Shown piece after piece: positions 24,638 through 38,425 of a stretch of DNA of 64,000 bases. The notes beneath the pieces are model-generated. The model was given only the letters and a program-made list of their open reading frames with translations. It was not told where the DNA came from and did not search any database. Location of the stretch: positions 29,704,437 through 29,768,436 of the forward strand of contig NC_092672.1 of the NCBI RefSeq assembly GCF_964355755.1. The letters are read 5' to 3'. Within the stretch, counting starts at the first letter, position 1, and every line of letters starts with the position of its first letter. This stretch comes from Antedon mediterranea. Taxonomy: Eukaryota > Animalia > Echinodermata. Made by a program: the position numbers and the translations under genes.

Positions 24638-24850
24638 TACCCAGGTAGCAAGCCCATATGGGAACCATTATGGGACCCATATTATAGCATATATGGGTAC
24701 CATATGGGTTTTCCGTATGAGATTCCACTATTTTTACACCCAAGAACCATGTGGGTTCCACATGGGAAGGCCCACATAGCCAATATAACCCATATAGGCC
24801 CATACTTCAAAGCACATGTGGGAGTTTTCTTGTTTTGACACATGGGTACG
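24638..24850. mobile_element. MITE fragment rich in CCCATATGGG motifs, in both copies (B ~61508-61742)
   Basis: TACCCAGGTAGCA...TGGGTA ends, repeated palindromic motifs. Confidence 0.55.
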
Positions 24851-25959
24851 TTCTGATAATTTCTACTATACCTATACAGTATATAAGAAGCCAATTAAAA
24901 GGATATTTTAAAATAATTGCCTGCAATTTAACAGAATTAAAGATTTGTAGCATCACATGACATAAATGAGGTACGGTTTTCTTTGCAAAATATATCGATA
25001 TAATTATGTCATTCATGTCTGACGAACCCTCGAAAATTCAATGATAGATTGCCAAGTACGTCGGTCTTCAGTTTGATGTTATACTCTATGTTGTCCAATT
25101 AATATTTTTATCCCGGTCAACCCATGACTTTGGACGTCCTGACCTTAGAGCTGCTCGCTCGAATGTTTAACATGCAAAAATATCTTTTCTATAGCCAGCG
25201 TATAATGGCGTTTTTCTTTAAACATAGTATTTTAATACCACAGAATACTGGAATTTATTTTCATAGACGTAGCACACCCCAATTATGATATCATAACTCA
25301 AAAACACCGATCTTGAGTTTAGTCAGTGCCCAGGTTTAACATAAGCCTACTGTAATATGCAATTTGAAAGAATAGCGCTTTAACTAAACGAACTTGCTTT
25401 AGTTATTCCTCTATAACTTTAATTCCGCAAAATATCTATTTCACTGCCCCTATGAGTATAACACACCTCAGAATCCGCTTCCTCTGAATTTTGGATTTAT
25501 AACGATGTCACTTAAGTGCCTCGAAGGGCCATCGAAGGGCCATCGCTACCACTAACTTTGCCAGGAGAATAATAGCCGGGAAATGTTATATTTGATGTGA
25601 TGCTGATAACTTATATGAAGCAAAATATGCGAATAATGTTGCCAATCTGATACAGATAGTTATCAAGTATCATATAATATGTAAGCAAACCATGGAATAA
25701 TGATTTGACAAAGAAGAAGACGATGATAATTTAGTCATTGTTCGACACATTAATACATTTAGGCATCTTATGTTTTTAAATGATTTATCTAGGAGGAGGA
25801 CGGCCATTTTTAGGGTTAATCTGTGACAGTTATAATACATGTATCCCGTAGGGTCAGATCTAATATCGTGCGTTTTCACATAATTACCATATATCTATAT
25901 ATACGATAATTATTATAATAGTTAAGAAAAATAATTTGTCTTCGATCTAGAGAGGGGAC

Positions 25960-26680
25960 CGGAATCGGAAATTTTAGACATTGGCTGTCAATGGTATTTT
26001 CGTGTATCCCAAAGCCATGAGTAATACTGTAGTTACAACACTGTAGTTACTAGCCATGTGACTCTTCGAGTTATCAAATTTTGTAGGGGGCGAATCGGAA
26101 ATTGTTGGGATAGGCCTACTGTCTGGGGCAACTTACATGAAAAAGTTGATGTCAATGGAATTTCCGTATATCCCAAAAGGGTATTAGTTACAATGTAAAA
26201 GGGATTTTGACGTGTGGCTTGATTAAATCTTGTATGGCCCAACGGGCATTTTTGGGCTACTGTCTGGGGAAACTTCAGGATAAAGTTGCTGTCAATGGTA
26301 TTTTTGTGCATCCCAATGTGTAGCAGTTACAATGCAAAAGGAATTAGCCGTGTGGCTCTTTGCATGATTAAATCTTGTATGGCCCAACGGACATTTTTGG
26401 GCTACTGTCTGGGGCAACTTACAGGATAAAGTGGCTGTCAATGGTATTTCCGTATCCCAATGTGTGTCTCTTGATATGAATAACATCAATTTTTTGTGGT
26501 CACTTGGGGCTACTGTCTCGGGTAACTTACAGGATAAAGTTGCTGTCATTGCTGCTTTAACATTCTATACACATATACGGACAATGTCCAACTTTTATCC
26601 GTGTGGCTTTTTAAATGATTAAATGTTTTACCCCTCCTATTTGGTGTCCCCAGGGAATATTTACAGGATATGACCCGGCA
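25960..26680. repeat. Degenerate ~135-bp tandem repeat
   Basis: GGCTACTGTCTGGGGCAACTTACAGGATAAAGTTGCTGTCAATGG recurs 4-5 times. Confidence 0.7.
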
Positions 26681-27679
26681 GCGCAATATTGATTATTGAA
26701 TCTTAGCCATATATCTAAATAATCAGCCCATCAAACCTTTTGTGGTTTTTTACATGAATACATTCTCTGGGCGCACGGTCTAGACGCTATAGTGCTGCAA
26801 ACATCACAGGTTTGATTTCACGCAATTTTGTTTCCTTTATAATATATTGGTTTTTCCTCTTCAAAGCGATTGTGTAATAATAATTATTCTTCTATTGTAT
26901 CTTGTGACCTTCAAGCTATATCTGCATGTATACAGTAAGCCCCATGAAAAACTAAGTCATGCATTACAAACGTACGCGCTGCGCCGAGCTAAAGAGGTCA
27001 TTAAACTGTATAATGTGTGGATATTGATAGAGGCCGAATCAGGGAAGAGTTAATTAACCAAATAAATCTACTCCTATCAGATCGATCTGAGAGAATTAAA
27101 AAGATGCTAATATTACGTAACCCATACTTGAATGTTTAGAAATGACCCCATGTGATCAAAGTATAAACAAACTCGTTTGTTTTTATATTGTGTCCACACT
27201 GAGGTTCTATTCACTAGGTGATCATGTGTCCACACTGATGACCATATTTATGTCTGCATAAGTAGTCATTATTTCTCCAACAAATGTTCAGTGCAGCGTA
27301 CGTATCGATTGGAGATTATCTGATATTGCAGTCTCCTGATGTAAATGCTGAACGTGAATTCCGTCATCACCATTAAACCACATTATCATCAGAATCGAAC
27401 ATATTGTACTGTACCATCATCCACCGTAACCAGAACCACAAATCTGTATAATCACTATCATGTTTATGGTGTAGTTATTTCCATTTTTTCGGAAGTCACA
27501 ATTCTAATTTTCATCAGCAGTTCCATGGGGCATTTTATTGTCCATGATTGTCCATTATAATCGTCATTATCATCATATAACCATCATTATTATTATTATC
27601 ATCAGCAGCAGCAGCAATATTGCATCATCATCGATTCATCGTCATCATTATCATCATTATTATTATTACCATTATCGGT

Positions 27680-28030
27680 GTAGAAGTGAAATATTTAGAT
27701 GAAATGTTTAATATATTATTCATACTTCAGAAATTTGACACAATTATGCAAGACCCATCACACCCATTACATTCAGACATCATTATAAGTAGATCAGGAA
27801 GGGTTAGACTGACACAGGAAAAAATATCCACAAACCGTTTCAGATTTTCACCAATGTACATAGCATGCAATTTATTTAATAAAAACTTTTCAAGATAGTC
27901 ACTTGTATCATTTGTATTTTATATCACATCGTATTATTTATTCTACTCAGGTGCAAAACATATCTCGAAATTGTAAACAATTTTGACAATAAAGTTATCT
28001 TGTATCTTGTATCTTGTATCTTGTATCTAT
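27680..28030 (+). mobile_element. LINE 3' fragment (Rex1/Babar- or CR1-like C-terminus) with (TCTTGTA)n-like tail
   Basis: IMQDPSHPLH...RSGR...TNRFRFS motif, AATAAA, then repeated TATCTTG; inserted in (CAT)n-rich sequence. Confidence 0.7.
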
Positions 28031-28469
28031 CATCATTACATCATCATCATCATCACTAACTTCATCCCCATCACTGGCACACAATGAGAGCACTCTTACG
28101 CCCCACATGAGACACATAATCATCGTAATCATTATTAGGACTACTGTACCATCCCCCACATCGTCCATCATCAATGCAATTGGTATATTTCTTTAATTGT
28201 TTATTACCATTAGAACTAAGGAGAACCCTTCGGGATCCAACGAAGAATTCCCTTAGGTGTCCCCTGATAGGGGTCGGTCGTATAGTGTAGTGTTAAAACA
28301 TATGTTTATTCTCGTGTATTACACGTGGGAATGTGCCTCCTCCTGAATAGGGTGTCCCAAAGGGGGAGTTCTACTTCATATTGTTAATACTTTAACTTCA
28401 GTGATATCAATAGCGTCTAAATGTTTCGAATCAATGAACTAAACGAGTTATCGATTGTTTTCAATTCAG

Positions 28470-29082
28470 AATAGGAGCAAATCGATGAGCCCTGGGAGGA
28501 CAAAGGATGCGTCTTCTACATTAACCGTGAACAATCTATCGCCTAGGCGTGGACGTAGGAAAATAATATCTATGAAAGAAATTAATGTATCCCCACAAAG
28601 GCGACCTTCCCGCCGAACGCCCGGGACAAACCATGTAATGGACGACCTGAACAGACTTCGTCTGGACGGACATTACTGTGACGTCACTCTTATTGCAGAC
28701 GGTAAACGACATCTCGCGCATAAGAATGTTTTAGTGGCGAGTAGTCCGTATTTTAAATAGTTGTTTGAAGCCAAAGGTAACCAAGACAAATCGGAATTTA
28801 GGTTGATTGGTGTCCGCAGCCCAGCATTGTCTGTTGTTCTTGGTGTTGTGTACACTTCCAGTCTGAATGCTTCCGACGTGAGCGAACTTGACGACTTGCG
28901 GGAAACGCTTCGAACTGCGTACACTTTACGTATAGAAGTAGTTAATGTCGTCTGCGGGAAGTTTATGATCGCGCGTTTGATGTGTAAGAATTGTGTAGAT
29001 TATTTTTTGCTCACCAAAGAGTTCCACATGGACGATATCAGGAATGAGGTTGTTGAGTATATTGCTAAGAGTTTTGGTGAAG
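28470..29082 (+). pseudogene. BTB/POZ (+ start of BACK) exon of a kelch-like gene with one in-frame TAG at 28758-28760
   Basis: LNRLRLDGHYCDVTLIADGKRHLAHKNVLVASSPYFK*LFE...VYTSSL...NCVDYFLL; CAG acceptor at 28469, GTATAA donor at 29083; ORFs 28455-28760 and 28761-29120 are in the same frame. Confidence 0.8.
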
Positions 29083-30571
29083 GTATAATACTATCTGTAC
29101 CACAATCACGCTTACTTTGATCTGATTAAGTTCTCGAACATTTTACTATTACTGTACGGACCATATCAAAATTATGCTACTGTAGTAGGCTAACTACAAT
29201 TTGCTTGCGTTTTAACCGGATGGCATTATTTAACAAGTCCTTTTTGGGTGGTAATCGTACATGCTGTTTATTACATAACATAATGCATTGAAAAATATTA
29301 TAGTTACTGCAGTAACCCCAGTGGAATAATTTTTATATTGTCCCTTAGTTATTGAAAGTGGAAAAGGTGAAACACATTTCAAATTTCTTCTACACGGTAA
29401 TATGTTGTTGCTGAGATAATTTCCTTCCGAAATTGCTATCTTAGTTTTTCATTTTGATACCGTCGCCATGTTAACAATTGGAATAAATGGCGGGTCCCGT
29501 AATTTCACCTATTCTACACTGTATGTAATAATATGTATACAGATTTTACAGTTTATACTATATGACACAAAATTGACAGAATTCAGCACTAACAGCATAT
29601 GATATTCTTCAGTTCAGGTCATAATGCCATAATCTTTTTCCGTGTGCAAAATTCCAACGTATGACGTGCGCGTGGCGTTTGTCGTGCGGATAACTAACTC
29701 GTCAAAGTGACGAGTTCAAATCTAGTATTTTATTTGTAACTGTTATACCGAGCTTTACGAACCTTTAAAATTAGACGGAAAATATTTTACAATTTTTATA
29801 TATCGCTGTGTGACGTTGATTAGATTTGTGATAATGGTGTCTTGCAGTGTGTAGAATACACAAATATTGCGGCGGCGAATATTTCTTTTTACGTAGCAGC
29901 ACCACCAGGTGGCTGTTTTTTTTTAAAGCAAGTACTTATGATACACTATGTGTGCCAACATTTTATTGACGAATATTAAGCCGAATTGCTGTCAAGAACC
30001 TAGACTAGACGAAACTTTAACATATGAAAAAGATTACGCATGCGTAAGACAGGGTGGCGCCATTTCCCGTACCTAAAGAGCCAACAATATCGGCTCCTAG
30101 TCCTGGTGGTGGAACAAGTCCCCTCTCTAAGGACTATAAACCGTAGGTCCAGTGTAGGCCAACACAGTGTGGCCGTGTGCACTTTAAAGGACCCAGTTCA
30201 TTATTCGAGACGAGTAAGGGTGAACTAGTTCACTCATTCATTCAATCTTTTCGAAATCTCAGGTCCATAGAAAGTAAAATTATTAATTAAAAGGTAAGCT
30301 AAGCAATTATTACTAGGCCTACTCATCTCAGGATGGCATTTCACATGGAGGGCATCTTTGACTTATACAAGACGTTGCCTTTAATCGTTGGGACTGAACA
30401 TTTACTATAGGTAATCTTTCGCAACATGTGCCTAATGACATGACAGTGCCTGTAAATAAAAGTATACCGTAGGCATACATGTTAATATCATCATCAGCCT
30501 AATCATTATAACGTTACGTAACCTGTTGTGTAATATGTGTCGTCATCCACGCGTCTTCTTTTGCTTGGTGA

Positions 30572-30790
30572 AGCGTGGTTCCCACTTGCGACGCAACATA
30601 CGCAACGTAAGAAAATGCCCTTCCAATCATTGTGTTTGCCCCCGCCTGCGTGAAATCAAACCTGCAATGTTTGCAGCATTATTGCGTCGTCGGTTCCCAC
30701 TTGTGATTACGCAATACAGCACTTTGCGTCGATACGTCGATGCATTGCGTCAATACGTCGCTGCGTTACGTCCTAGTGGGAACCAAGCTT
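30572..30790. mobile_element. Short MITE (AGC.TGGTTCCCACT TIR); relatives at ~4316-4570 and ~38892-39122 downstream of both NLRs
   Basis: AGCGTGGTTCCCACTTG...CTAGTGGGAACCAAGCT inverted termini. Confidence 0.7.
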
Positions 30791-31257
30791 AAGTGTTGCC
30801 TTGTCGTCGACGTTTGTCACCAACTACATCGACCGCGCTAATTACAACAATAAATTGATAGCATTGTAAGGGATTTGGTGTTGCTTCTGGTTCTTCACAC
30901 AGGTATTCTGTAATCACATTAATTATTGTGAACATGCAAAAGACAGCGTATCAATTAAAAAATAATTGGGAGTATACATCGTACTTTTGGTATAATCTGT
31001 CTCAAATGATATTGGAATTTTTTTTATACTTTGGCTACCCACAGGTGCTAATAGTAAACTTGAGACTTAAAAAATACTTATTGGGTACGTGTGGGTATAT
31101 TTTAAAAAGTTCGCCTCTTATTAGACGCATTAAAAAAAATGTAAAAATCAAATGGAGGATAAAATAAAAAACATAGACAATATATCAAGCCACAAATAAA
31201 AATTAAAAAAAATTACTGGATTTATACAATTTAAAAGACTACACTAGTATGGATATA

Positions 31258-31748
31258 CCGTAAAACTTCGAAAAGAAGCCCATGGGCTTGAACCTCGAAA
31301 AGAAGCCCATCTCGAAAAGAAGCCCCTCTCTATGCAAAAGTACTCTCGAAAAGAAGCCCATCTCGAAATGAAGCCCCCTGGGCTTCTTTTCAAGATAGAC
31401 TACTCATACTGTATAGATGATGACGAAATTATTGTATTTGACGGTGAATCATAGGACTGTTTTTTTGCTTTTTATATTGTTTTTTAATTGGTATATTAAA
31501 CATAATTTCATGGTTGAAAAAAATGTCTCAAAAGTCACATTATTGTAGTAGAAATTCACAAAGTTTACAGCATTCATTTCGAAAAGAAGCCCCCCTCTAC
31601 ATTTTGCAAAAGTACTCTCGAAAAGAAGCCCATCTCGAAAAGAAGCCCATCTCGAATAGAAGCCCACCCAAGAGCACTAAAAAGAGAAGCCCACCCAAGA
31701 GCACTAAAAAGAGAAGCCGCCCATGGGCTTCTTTTCGAGGTTTTATGG
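31258..31748. mobile_element. Tc1/mariner-pogo type MITE, TA TSD
   Basis: TA|CCGTAAAACTTCGAAAAGAAGCCCATGGGC...GCCCATGGGCTTCTTTTCGAGGTTTTATGG|TA; internal CGAAAAGAAGCCC repeats. Confidence 0.85.
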
Positions 31749-32269
31749 TATGCCTATTTAGACTCTCCCGTGATTCACCTGCAAAAATTGAACTAATAAA
31801 TGAATGTAACAGAATAGTAAAAAGACCAAGAGAGGAAGAAAAAATAAACATGGAAACAACACAACAATTAAAAAGGAAATATAAATTATAATAGTGTAAG
31901 AGAAACACCACAGAACCATCCTGTCCGGCAGAGCGGAAGTAGAATAAAATAGGTAAAAGCGCCATGTCGCAAGACGAGAGGATGATAAAGATGACAGTTC
32001 ACCTCTTGAGCCCCACGTTGCCCAAAAGGCTTGTCCAATATAACTCCATACACTTGGACAGACGTTGCGTTTACTAAATCGTAGAGCTATGCGTTCCAGA
32101 GATCACTGTAGATTATTCCCAAACTTGAAAAGAAATTACTTATTATAATTATTATTCAATAATGCACTTTTATGAAAACTGCATAAGTTCTGATGGTAAA
32201 GCTTAGTCCAATCTACATTAGCAAAGAAACTCTTTGATTGCAAACTCCAGAATCATATGACTACAAATA

Positions 32270-32473
32270 AACATAGAAGGGCACTCAGAGAGCGAGAGCA
32301 AAACCTCCGCCTATATAGGCATTAAAATTGAATCATGTGTTCCAATACACCTATGAAATCTTCCTTTAAAATCGTATGAACATTTTGAGTAATCCTGCTA
32401 AGAAATATAGACAGAAAAAAACACGCCTGATTGACCTCTATGACCTCTCGCGATTATTCTGGCGGAGGTAAAG
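32270..32473 (+). mobile_element. Short Helentron/HINE-like element
   Basis: AGAAGGGCACTCAGAGAGCG..ACCTCCGCC ... GGCGGAGGTAA asymmetric inverted repeat. Confidence 0.45.
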
Positions 32474-34145
32474 ACACAAACATCAGCAAATTAGTTTGTC
32501 AAGAAGGTACATTCCCTACTTCTGTAACAAACTAGTTTTCTGCTACTTTGGAAAACTGTTCTTGTTAAATTCGGAGTTTGCTGGTGTTTGCAAATGCATA
32601 TTTATATAAAGCATTAAAAACCTTTGATTATTATCTAATAATTCATAATAGCGTAAAACTATTTAATAATAGTCAGTATTTAATTTGACTATTGCAAGTA
32701 TATTATTATATTATGTGAATGTGATGTACGGACCCATTGGACTTGATGATGTCATATCACTACCATATGTGGGGATATCACTACGTATGGGCATATGACA
32801 TTCTTTTTTTTGTCAAACTAGTTTGATAAGTGTAGACAGAGCTTTACATGAAATTAATAATCATATTGTCGACGATGCTAAATTTGTTTAAGTAGGCTAC
32901 TCTACAGAGTAGATTTTTTTTTAATTGACAAAATCTTAATCTCCATTAAAAAAATATACAGTAGTCGATTTTGCACTTTTTGCACTTTTGAAATTTAAAT
33001 TGTCCACTTTTTAACGTAGGCCTACATGATTGTAAACCAGGAAGAGATTCCTCATGATTTTACAAATTATTACAATTATATTTCCTAAAGTCAAAAATAA
33101 TCTCTTTGATCTTTTTGCCTATTTACAACAATATATATAACTTGTTATAGATCAAACTAATTATGTAACATACACTTTATTTATCTGCAATGCCAATCAC
33201 ATAGTATATAAAAATGACAACAAATCGGAAACAATAGAATAGAATAGAATATCGGTACAAAATGTAATACTGGCCTAAGTTGTTTCATCGCATCCTTTGA
33301 TGAGTTCATTAGAAAATCTGTTTTAAAAATCGTGTGAACGCAAGTAGTAATTCTTTGATCATGGCCATTAATCGCCACGTTCTTAATGTGTCAAGAATGC
33401 ACATACATTGGGATGCCTTGTTGCATTGACTTTTTATATATAAACATTTTTATTTTAGTTCTATGAGCTCTTAGATTAAGATTTTGTTTTTCTCTTTTGT
33501 TATGAATATATTGTGTCACCATGGTATTCCGAAATAAAAAGATGAATGAATGAATTTCGTTGCAACTGTTACGATAAAATCAAACTGTTTTCCAGAACTG
33601 TATTTATCAATCACGGTAATATGTATAATATATTTTGTTCTCAAAGAAAACAAGAGAACATATCAGTATATAATATAAAATATCGGTTCATCATGTACTA
33701 TTTGACCATTATATTGATTACAATATAGGCGCCAAAAGACTAAGCGGATGCTTGACAATGGGTACCTATCATTAAATGTAGAACACAAAGACATAAACAA
33801 ATTTAAATAAAATAGGCCTATATACATTCAAATACATAATAAAATAGCAATATGAGTCGCCCACAACCCTTCAGCACTGCCAGTGAGACACATCCCCTGT
33901 CAGGAAAGAGGGAAATGCCCTTAATACTTAGTCCTTACCTTTTGACGACGGTTGTAAACAATGTTTCGTCAAGCGCACATTAAAGTGTTATTAAAAATTA
34001 ATTAAAAACACAGGAGAATCCCCGTTAAGGCCCATTTACAATAGGACGATAACGATCGACGATAAATAGACAAATATGCATTTTGCATACATAAAACAAA
34101 AGAATTCTAGAACTATAGACATCACTGTGCACCGAGCAGAAAATA

Positions 34146-37100
34146 TAGTCCAGTCCCTAAGGGGAGAAAAACGGGTGGGATGTTACCAGACTGGATACAA
34201 ATTTTTCAATATAGCAGTTTGGTAGAGTATAGTATGGAGATGCCAAAACAAAGTTACTGGAAATCTGATTTGACCTCTGTGACCTCTGACCTCAATTTTT
34301 ATATTTTTCTATTATATAACTAAAAATTGCCATATCTTGACAACGCAGGGACATTTTACATTTATTTTTTTTTTTCAAAATGCTTGGAAGATATATATTT
34401 ATATTCGCTATAATGAAAAAAATTGTACAAAAATGGCCGCTAAGGCTTTATTTTTCAGTTTGACCTTTGACCTTGATTGCCTAATATCTCAATAACACGC
34501 AATCTCAGAGATTTGAGAATGGGCTCAAAATGTTAAGAAAACAAATCTAATATTTAGTCTAATAGAAACTTTTTTCCAAAAATTACCATAAATTAAGCTT
34601 TTTTGACCCTTGACCTCTAATGTTTGAATATGTCAATATCTCGGTAACTATTTGTCCTAAAAAGTTCAGTTTGGTGTCAAATTGTTTAGAATATACACAT
34701 TTATATTTGCTCTAACAAAATATTTTGTCAGAATTCAATTGGAAATGTCATTTTGAAATATGACCCATCGTTTTGCATATATTTAGCAATTAATAATCTA
34801 TAAAAAGAGATCGAGAGAGGGGAGGGGGTTGGGGTGGATGGAGAGACACATATTTTTGTTACATGTTACACAAATGTTAAACTCTGTCTACACTATAACA
34901 TTTTTATGCCACAAAAAAATGTGATGTGCCCATATATGGACACGATGAATGACATATCACTACCATATTTGGGCACATCACACCTTTTTTGTTAAACTAG
35001 TTTATAGTGTAGACAAACATGTAAAAAATATGTGTCTCTCCATCAACCCAACCACCTCCCCCTCTCTCGCTTTTCCAATGCTACTGCATGCATCTATACA
35101 CATCAAAATGGCCGGAATTGTACTGGAAAGTTTTTAGCTACTGGGTGTATTGTAATGTTATCAGAATTATGGCAATTGTTTGTAATGGGAAAGTTTTAAA
35201 ACTACATTTGAAATATTTGCTAATAATATCACATGCTATTAAAGATATACTTATTTTCCCCCTGACAAAAGTAATTTTGACAAATATTTTTGTTGAATAT
35301 GCAATTTTAATGTCACACATAATAGTTTCACCAAAAATTGGATTGAAAAAAAATGATATAGTGCATACCAAAAAAAACTGTAATTCAAAGCAAAAAATAG
35401 GCTGGAAGTCAATGTGATTTTGGTTAAATTAACTGTTTATTTTGTCTTTAAAGTGATATTTACTCTATTTTTTAGATTAGCTCTTTGATTAAACACCTCT
35501 TTCAATGCAGTGAAGATCTTAAGTGTCGCCTTGTCTTACTAATCTTCCTTAACTTCTCTTAATATCACATGCTCTTAATATCACATGCTATTAAAGATAT
35601 ACTTATTTTCCCCCTGACAAAAGTAATTTTGACAAATATTTTTGTTGAATATGCAATTTTAATGTCACACATAATAGTTTCACCAAAATTTGGATTGAAA
35701 AAAAATGATATAGTGCATACCCAAAAAAACTGTAATTCAAAGCAAAAAATAGGCTGGAAGTCAATGTGATTTTGGTTAAATTAACTGTTTATTTTGTCTT
35801 TAAAGTGATATTTACTCTATTTTTTAGATTAGCTCTTTGATTAAACACCTCTTCCAATGCAGTGAAGATCTTAAGTGTCGCCTTGTCTTACTAATCTTCC
35901 TTAACTTCTCTTTGAACGATCGTAATCAATATTTGTTGAGGTATAATATTTCCCTCTAATATGGTAATGCCTGTTTTATTGAGTCAAATGGTTTCTGATA
36001 ATCTCTAAATCAAAGATTTGGTGATATTCATTTCCTTTTTATTTTAGTTGATTGAAAAACTGTATAAGATGGTCCTACTGTATAAAGCCTTATATATTGG
36101 TTTATTTACTTCTAGTCGGTCTCTGATTTTGTTTTTTTGATTACTTTTGTAAATTATTTGTGTACATGTGATAATGTTCGTTTGGTCGGTAATGGTTGAT
36201 GTCAGTTTTGTCATGTTTTTGTGGATTAAAGTATAATTATCATTGCTTCTCTTAATTTCTTCTGGTTTCAAAGATTTTGTTGTATAGTGTTATGAGCTGG
36301 ATGTGTTATTGCCTCATCAAGCCAAGATGGTAATTTTGACTGCTCACTGGTTTGTTTTCTTTTTATATTCCACTACAGTATGTTCTTGAAAAGAAATCAG
36401 CTTTGTAATTAATTTGTATTTGATCCTTTTCAGATTTCTAATATTTTAAACATATGTTTTTCTTTTCTTCGCTTTTTCTTTACTGTTTCAAACATTTTAT
36501 TTTTTCAGCATACTTCAAGCAATTAATTGATAATTAGGTCATATGTTTTATGAGTATCAAATCGCATTGGTTAATTCTTCTTTTCTTTCTTTAAGATCCT
36601 GATTTTCTTCTTTTTTTTTTAAATTAATGTTATTTAACTTTAAGTTTATCTAATGTTTTGTTGATATTAAGTGTTGCTCTTACGGTGTAGGCCTACCATG
36701 TGATGGAATTATATATTGAAATTAAATTAAACATTAAGTTTTAAGAAAATTGTAAAAGGCTAAATAGGATATTGGATGTAGTTCTGGTCCATTAAATCTA
36801 TATTTTAGGTATATTATTATACGTATGACACACGCACGCTTAACAGTATATCCTGGTCATACCTCAAACTGGCATTTCCAGTAAAAATATGATAACATCT
36901 TCTATTAGAGCTAATATAAATGTTTACATTTTGAACATTTTGACACCAAGTTGAACTTTTTATGACATTTGGTTACAGAGATACATACATATTTAAACAT
37001 TAAAGGTCAAAGGTCAGTAAATGACATTTCCTGTGGATTTGGAAGAACATGTTTAATTAAAGTATATATAAATATATATGCTCTTAACAATTTGAAACAA

Positions 37101-37451
37101 ATTTTAAGACATTTTGACCAGTAGTTATTGAGATATAGTAAGCCGAGGTCAAAGGTCAAAACATTGAGAAATTACATTTCCGGTCGTTTTTTTGAAAAAA
37201 GTTCTATTAGAGCGAATATAAATATGTACCCTCTGATCTATTTGACACCAATATCATTTCAATTTTCAAACCCGTTGCGGAGATATGGCTGTTTAAGATA
37301 GAAATATAAAAATTGAGGTCAGAGGTCACAGAGGTCAAATCAGATTTCCAGTAACTTTGTTTTGGTATCTCCATATCATGTTCTATCAACATGCCAAAGG
37401 GCACACTTGTATCCACTATGGTAACATCATTTCCCATTAGGGACTGGACTA
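34146..37451. mobile_element. ~3.3-kb non-autonomous DNA element with long imperfect TIRs, copy B only; contains a nested MITE (~34810-35075) and a 352-bp tandem duplication
   Basis: TAGTCCAGTCCCTAA...TTAGGGACTGGACTA plus shared CCAAAACAAAGTTACTGGAAATCTGATTTGACCTCTGTGACCTCTGACCTC block; copy A is uninterrupted at ~3655. Confidence 0.8.
35226..35910 (+). repeat. Near-perfect tandem duplication, period 352 bp
   Basis: 35226.. matches 35578.. Confidence 0.9.
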
Positions 37452-37556
37452 CTAAGGCCGCAGCCTTGTTAGATGGTTTGCCTGACCATATAGTCTAACA
37501 AAATATCGATGATTTATTTTATAGATGTTATTGTGATCAACTCATCAGTATTTCTT

Positions 37557-38425
37557 ATTATACAGATATTGACTGCTTAGAGGTTAAATATAAGATTTTA
37601 CATTCCCGAGGGGATGTGAAATCTTATATTTAACCGATATAAAAGGCAATATCTGTTATATTATATAGCCAAGAACAAGTCTGCTGGGTTGGGTGAAGCT
37701 AGCTAGCTAAGCTAGGCCTCCTATAGTATTTGTATTGTATTTAAACAAGCCTGCCTAGACACCTTACCTTGCGAAGAATAATATACAGATAATTACTAAT
37801 TAATGATTCCTTGGCAATAAAATATTCACTTAGGCCTAGGTCGTTTAAATTAACAGAAGAATTTCCATCAATAAGCCTATTAAAAATAATAATATTATAA
37901 TCAGGTAGGCCGAATAAACAATTCGTCTTCTTCTCCTCGATCTTCGAGGAGGAGCCGAATCACCGGATGTTCAGCGCGTACTAGTTACTAGGTTACTACC
38001 GTGAGTATTGACCAATCACAAACGGTGTTTCATCACATTTAGGGTGGACTTATAACAAATGAGGGCGCTAGGTATGCATAGTTTAAAATAGTTTAGATGA
38101 TTACTTTCTTCAAGCAACTTCCTTGACGCAGCGGTTGAAGCGTTGTCTTGCGATGGAGTGACAATTCCACCCGAGTTCAAGATCGAGTTGATGACTTTTG
38201 TTTATTTATCGGCAACGCGAGTGTTGCACACAAAAATTACACAGTCAATATCATCGTACTCGAGAATCTATATGTTTAATGACAGGGGACACGATAATTA
38301 CGCGAAAATTACACAGTCAATATCATCGTTCTCGAGGATATTACGATTTACGATCCTCGCAGCGGTAGTCATGTGATGCAGTTTCAACCAATCACGTTAG
38401 CGTATTTACATAGGCTATGTAATAT
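37557..38425. mobile_element. ~870-bp insertion with a 5'-terminal hairpin and no clear TSD, copy B only (unclassified)
   Basis: Copy A reads tattataataaactacg uninterrupted at ~3760; inverted repeats TTAAATATAAGATTT and ACAGATATTG lie within the first ~110 bp. Confidence 0.65.

Larger units (their letters stand above)
3627..25339 (+). repeat. Segmental duplication copy A
   Basis: Colinear, high similarity to 34118-62080 across NLR 3' flank, gene, upstream region, minisatellite and distal flank. Confidence 0.92.

Noticed and set aside
27340-28180. Hydrophobic or Ser-rich small ORFs
   Set aside because: Degenerate (CAT/TAT)n microsatellite region plus a LINE fragment.
31449-31965. Overlapping 72-125 aa ORFs
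   Set aside because: Derived from MITE internal repeats.
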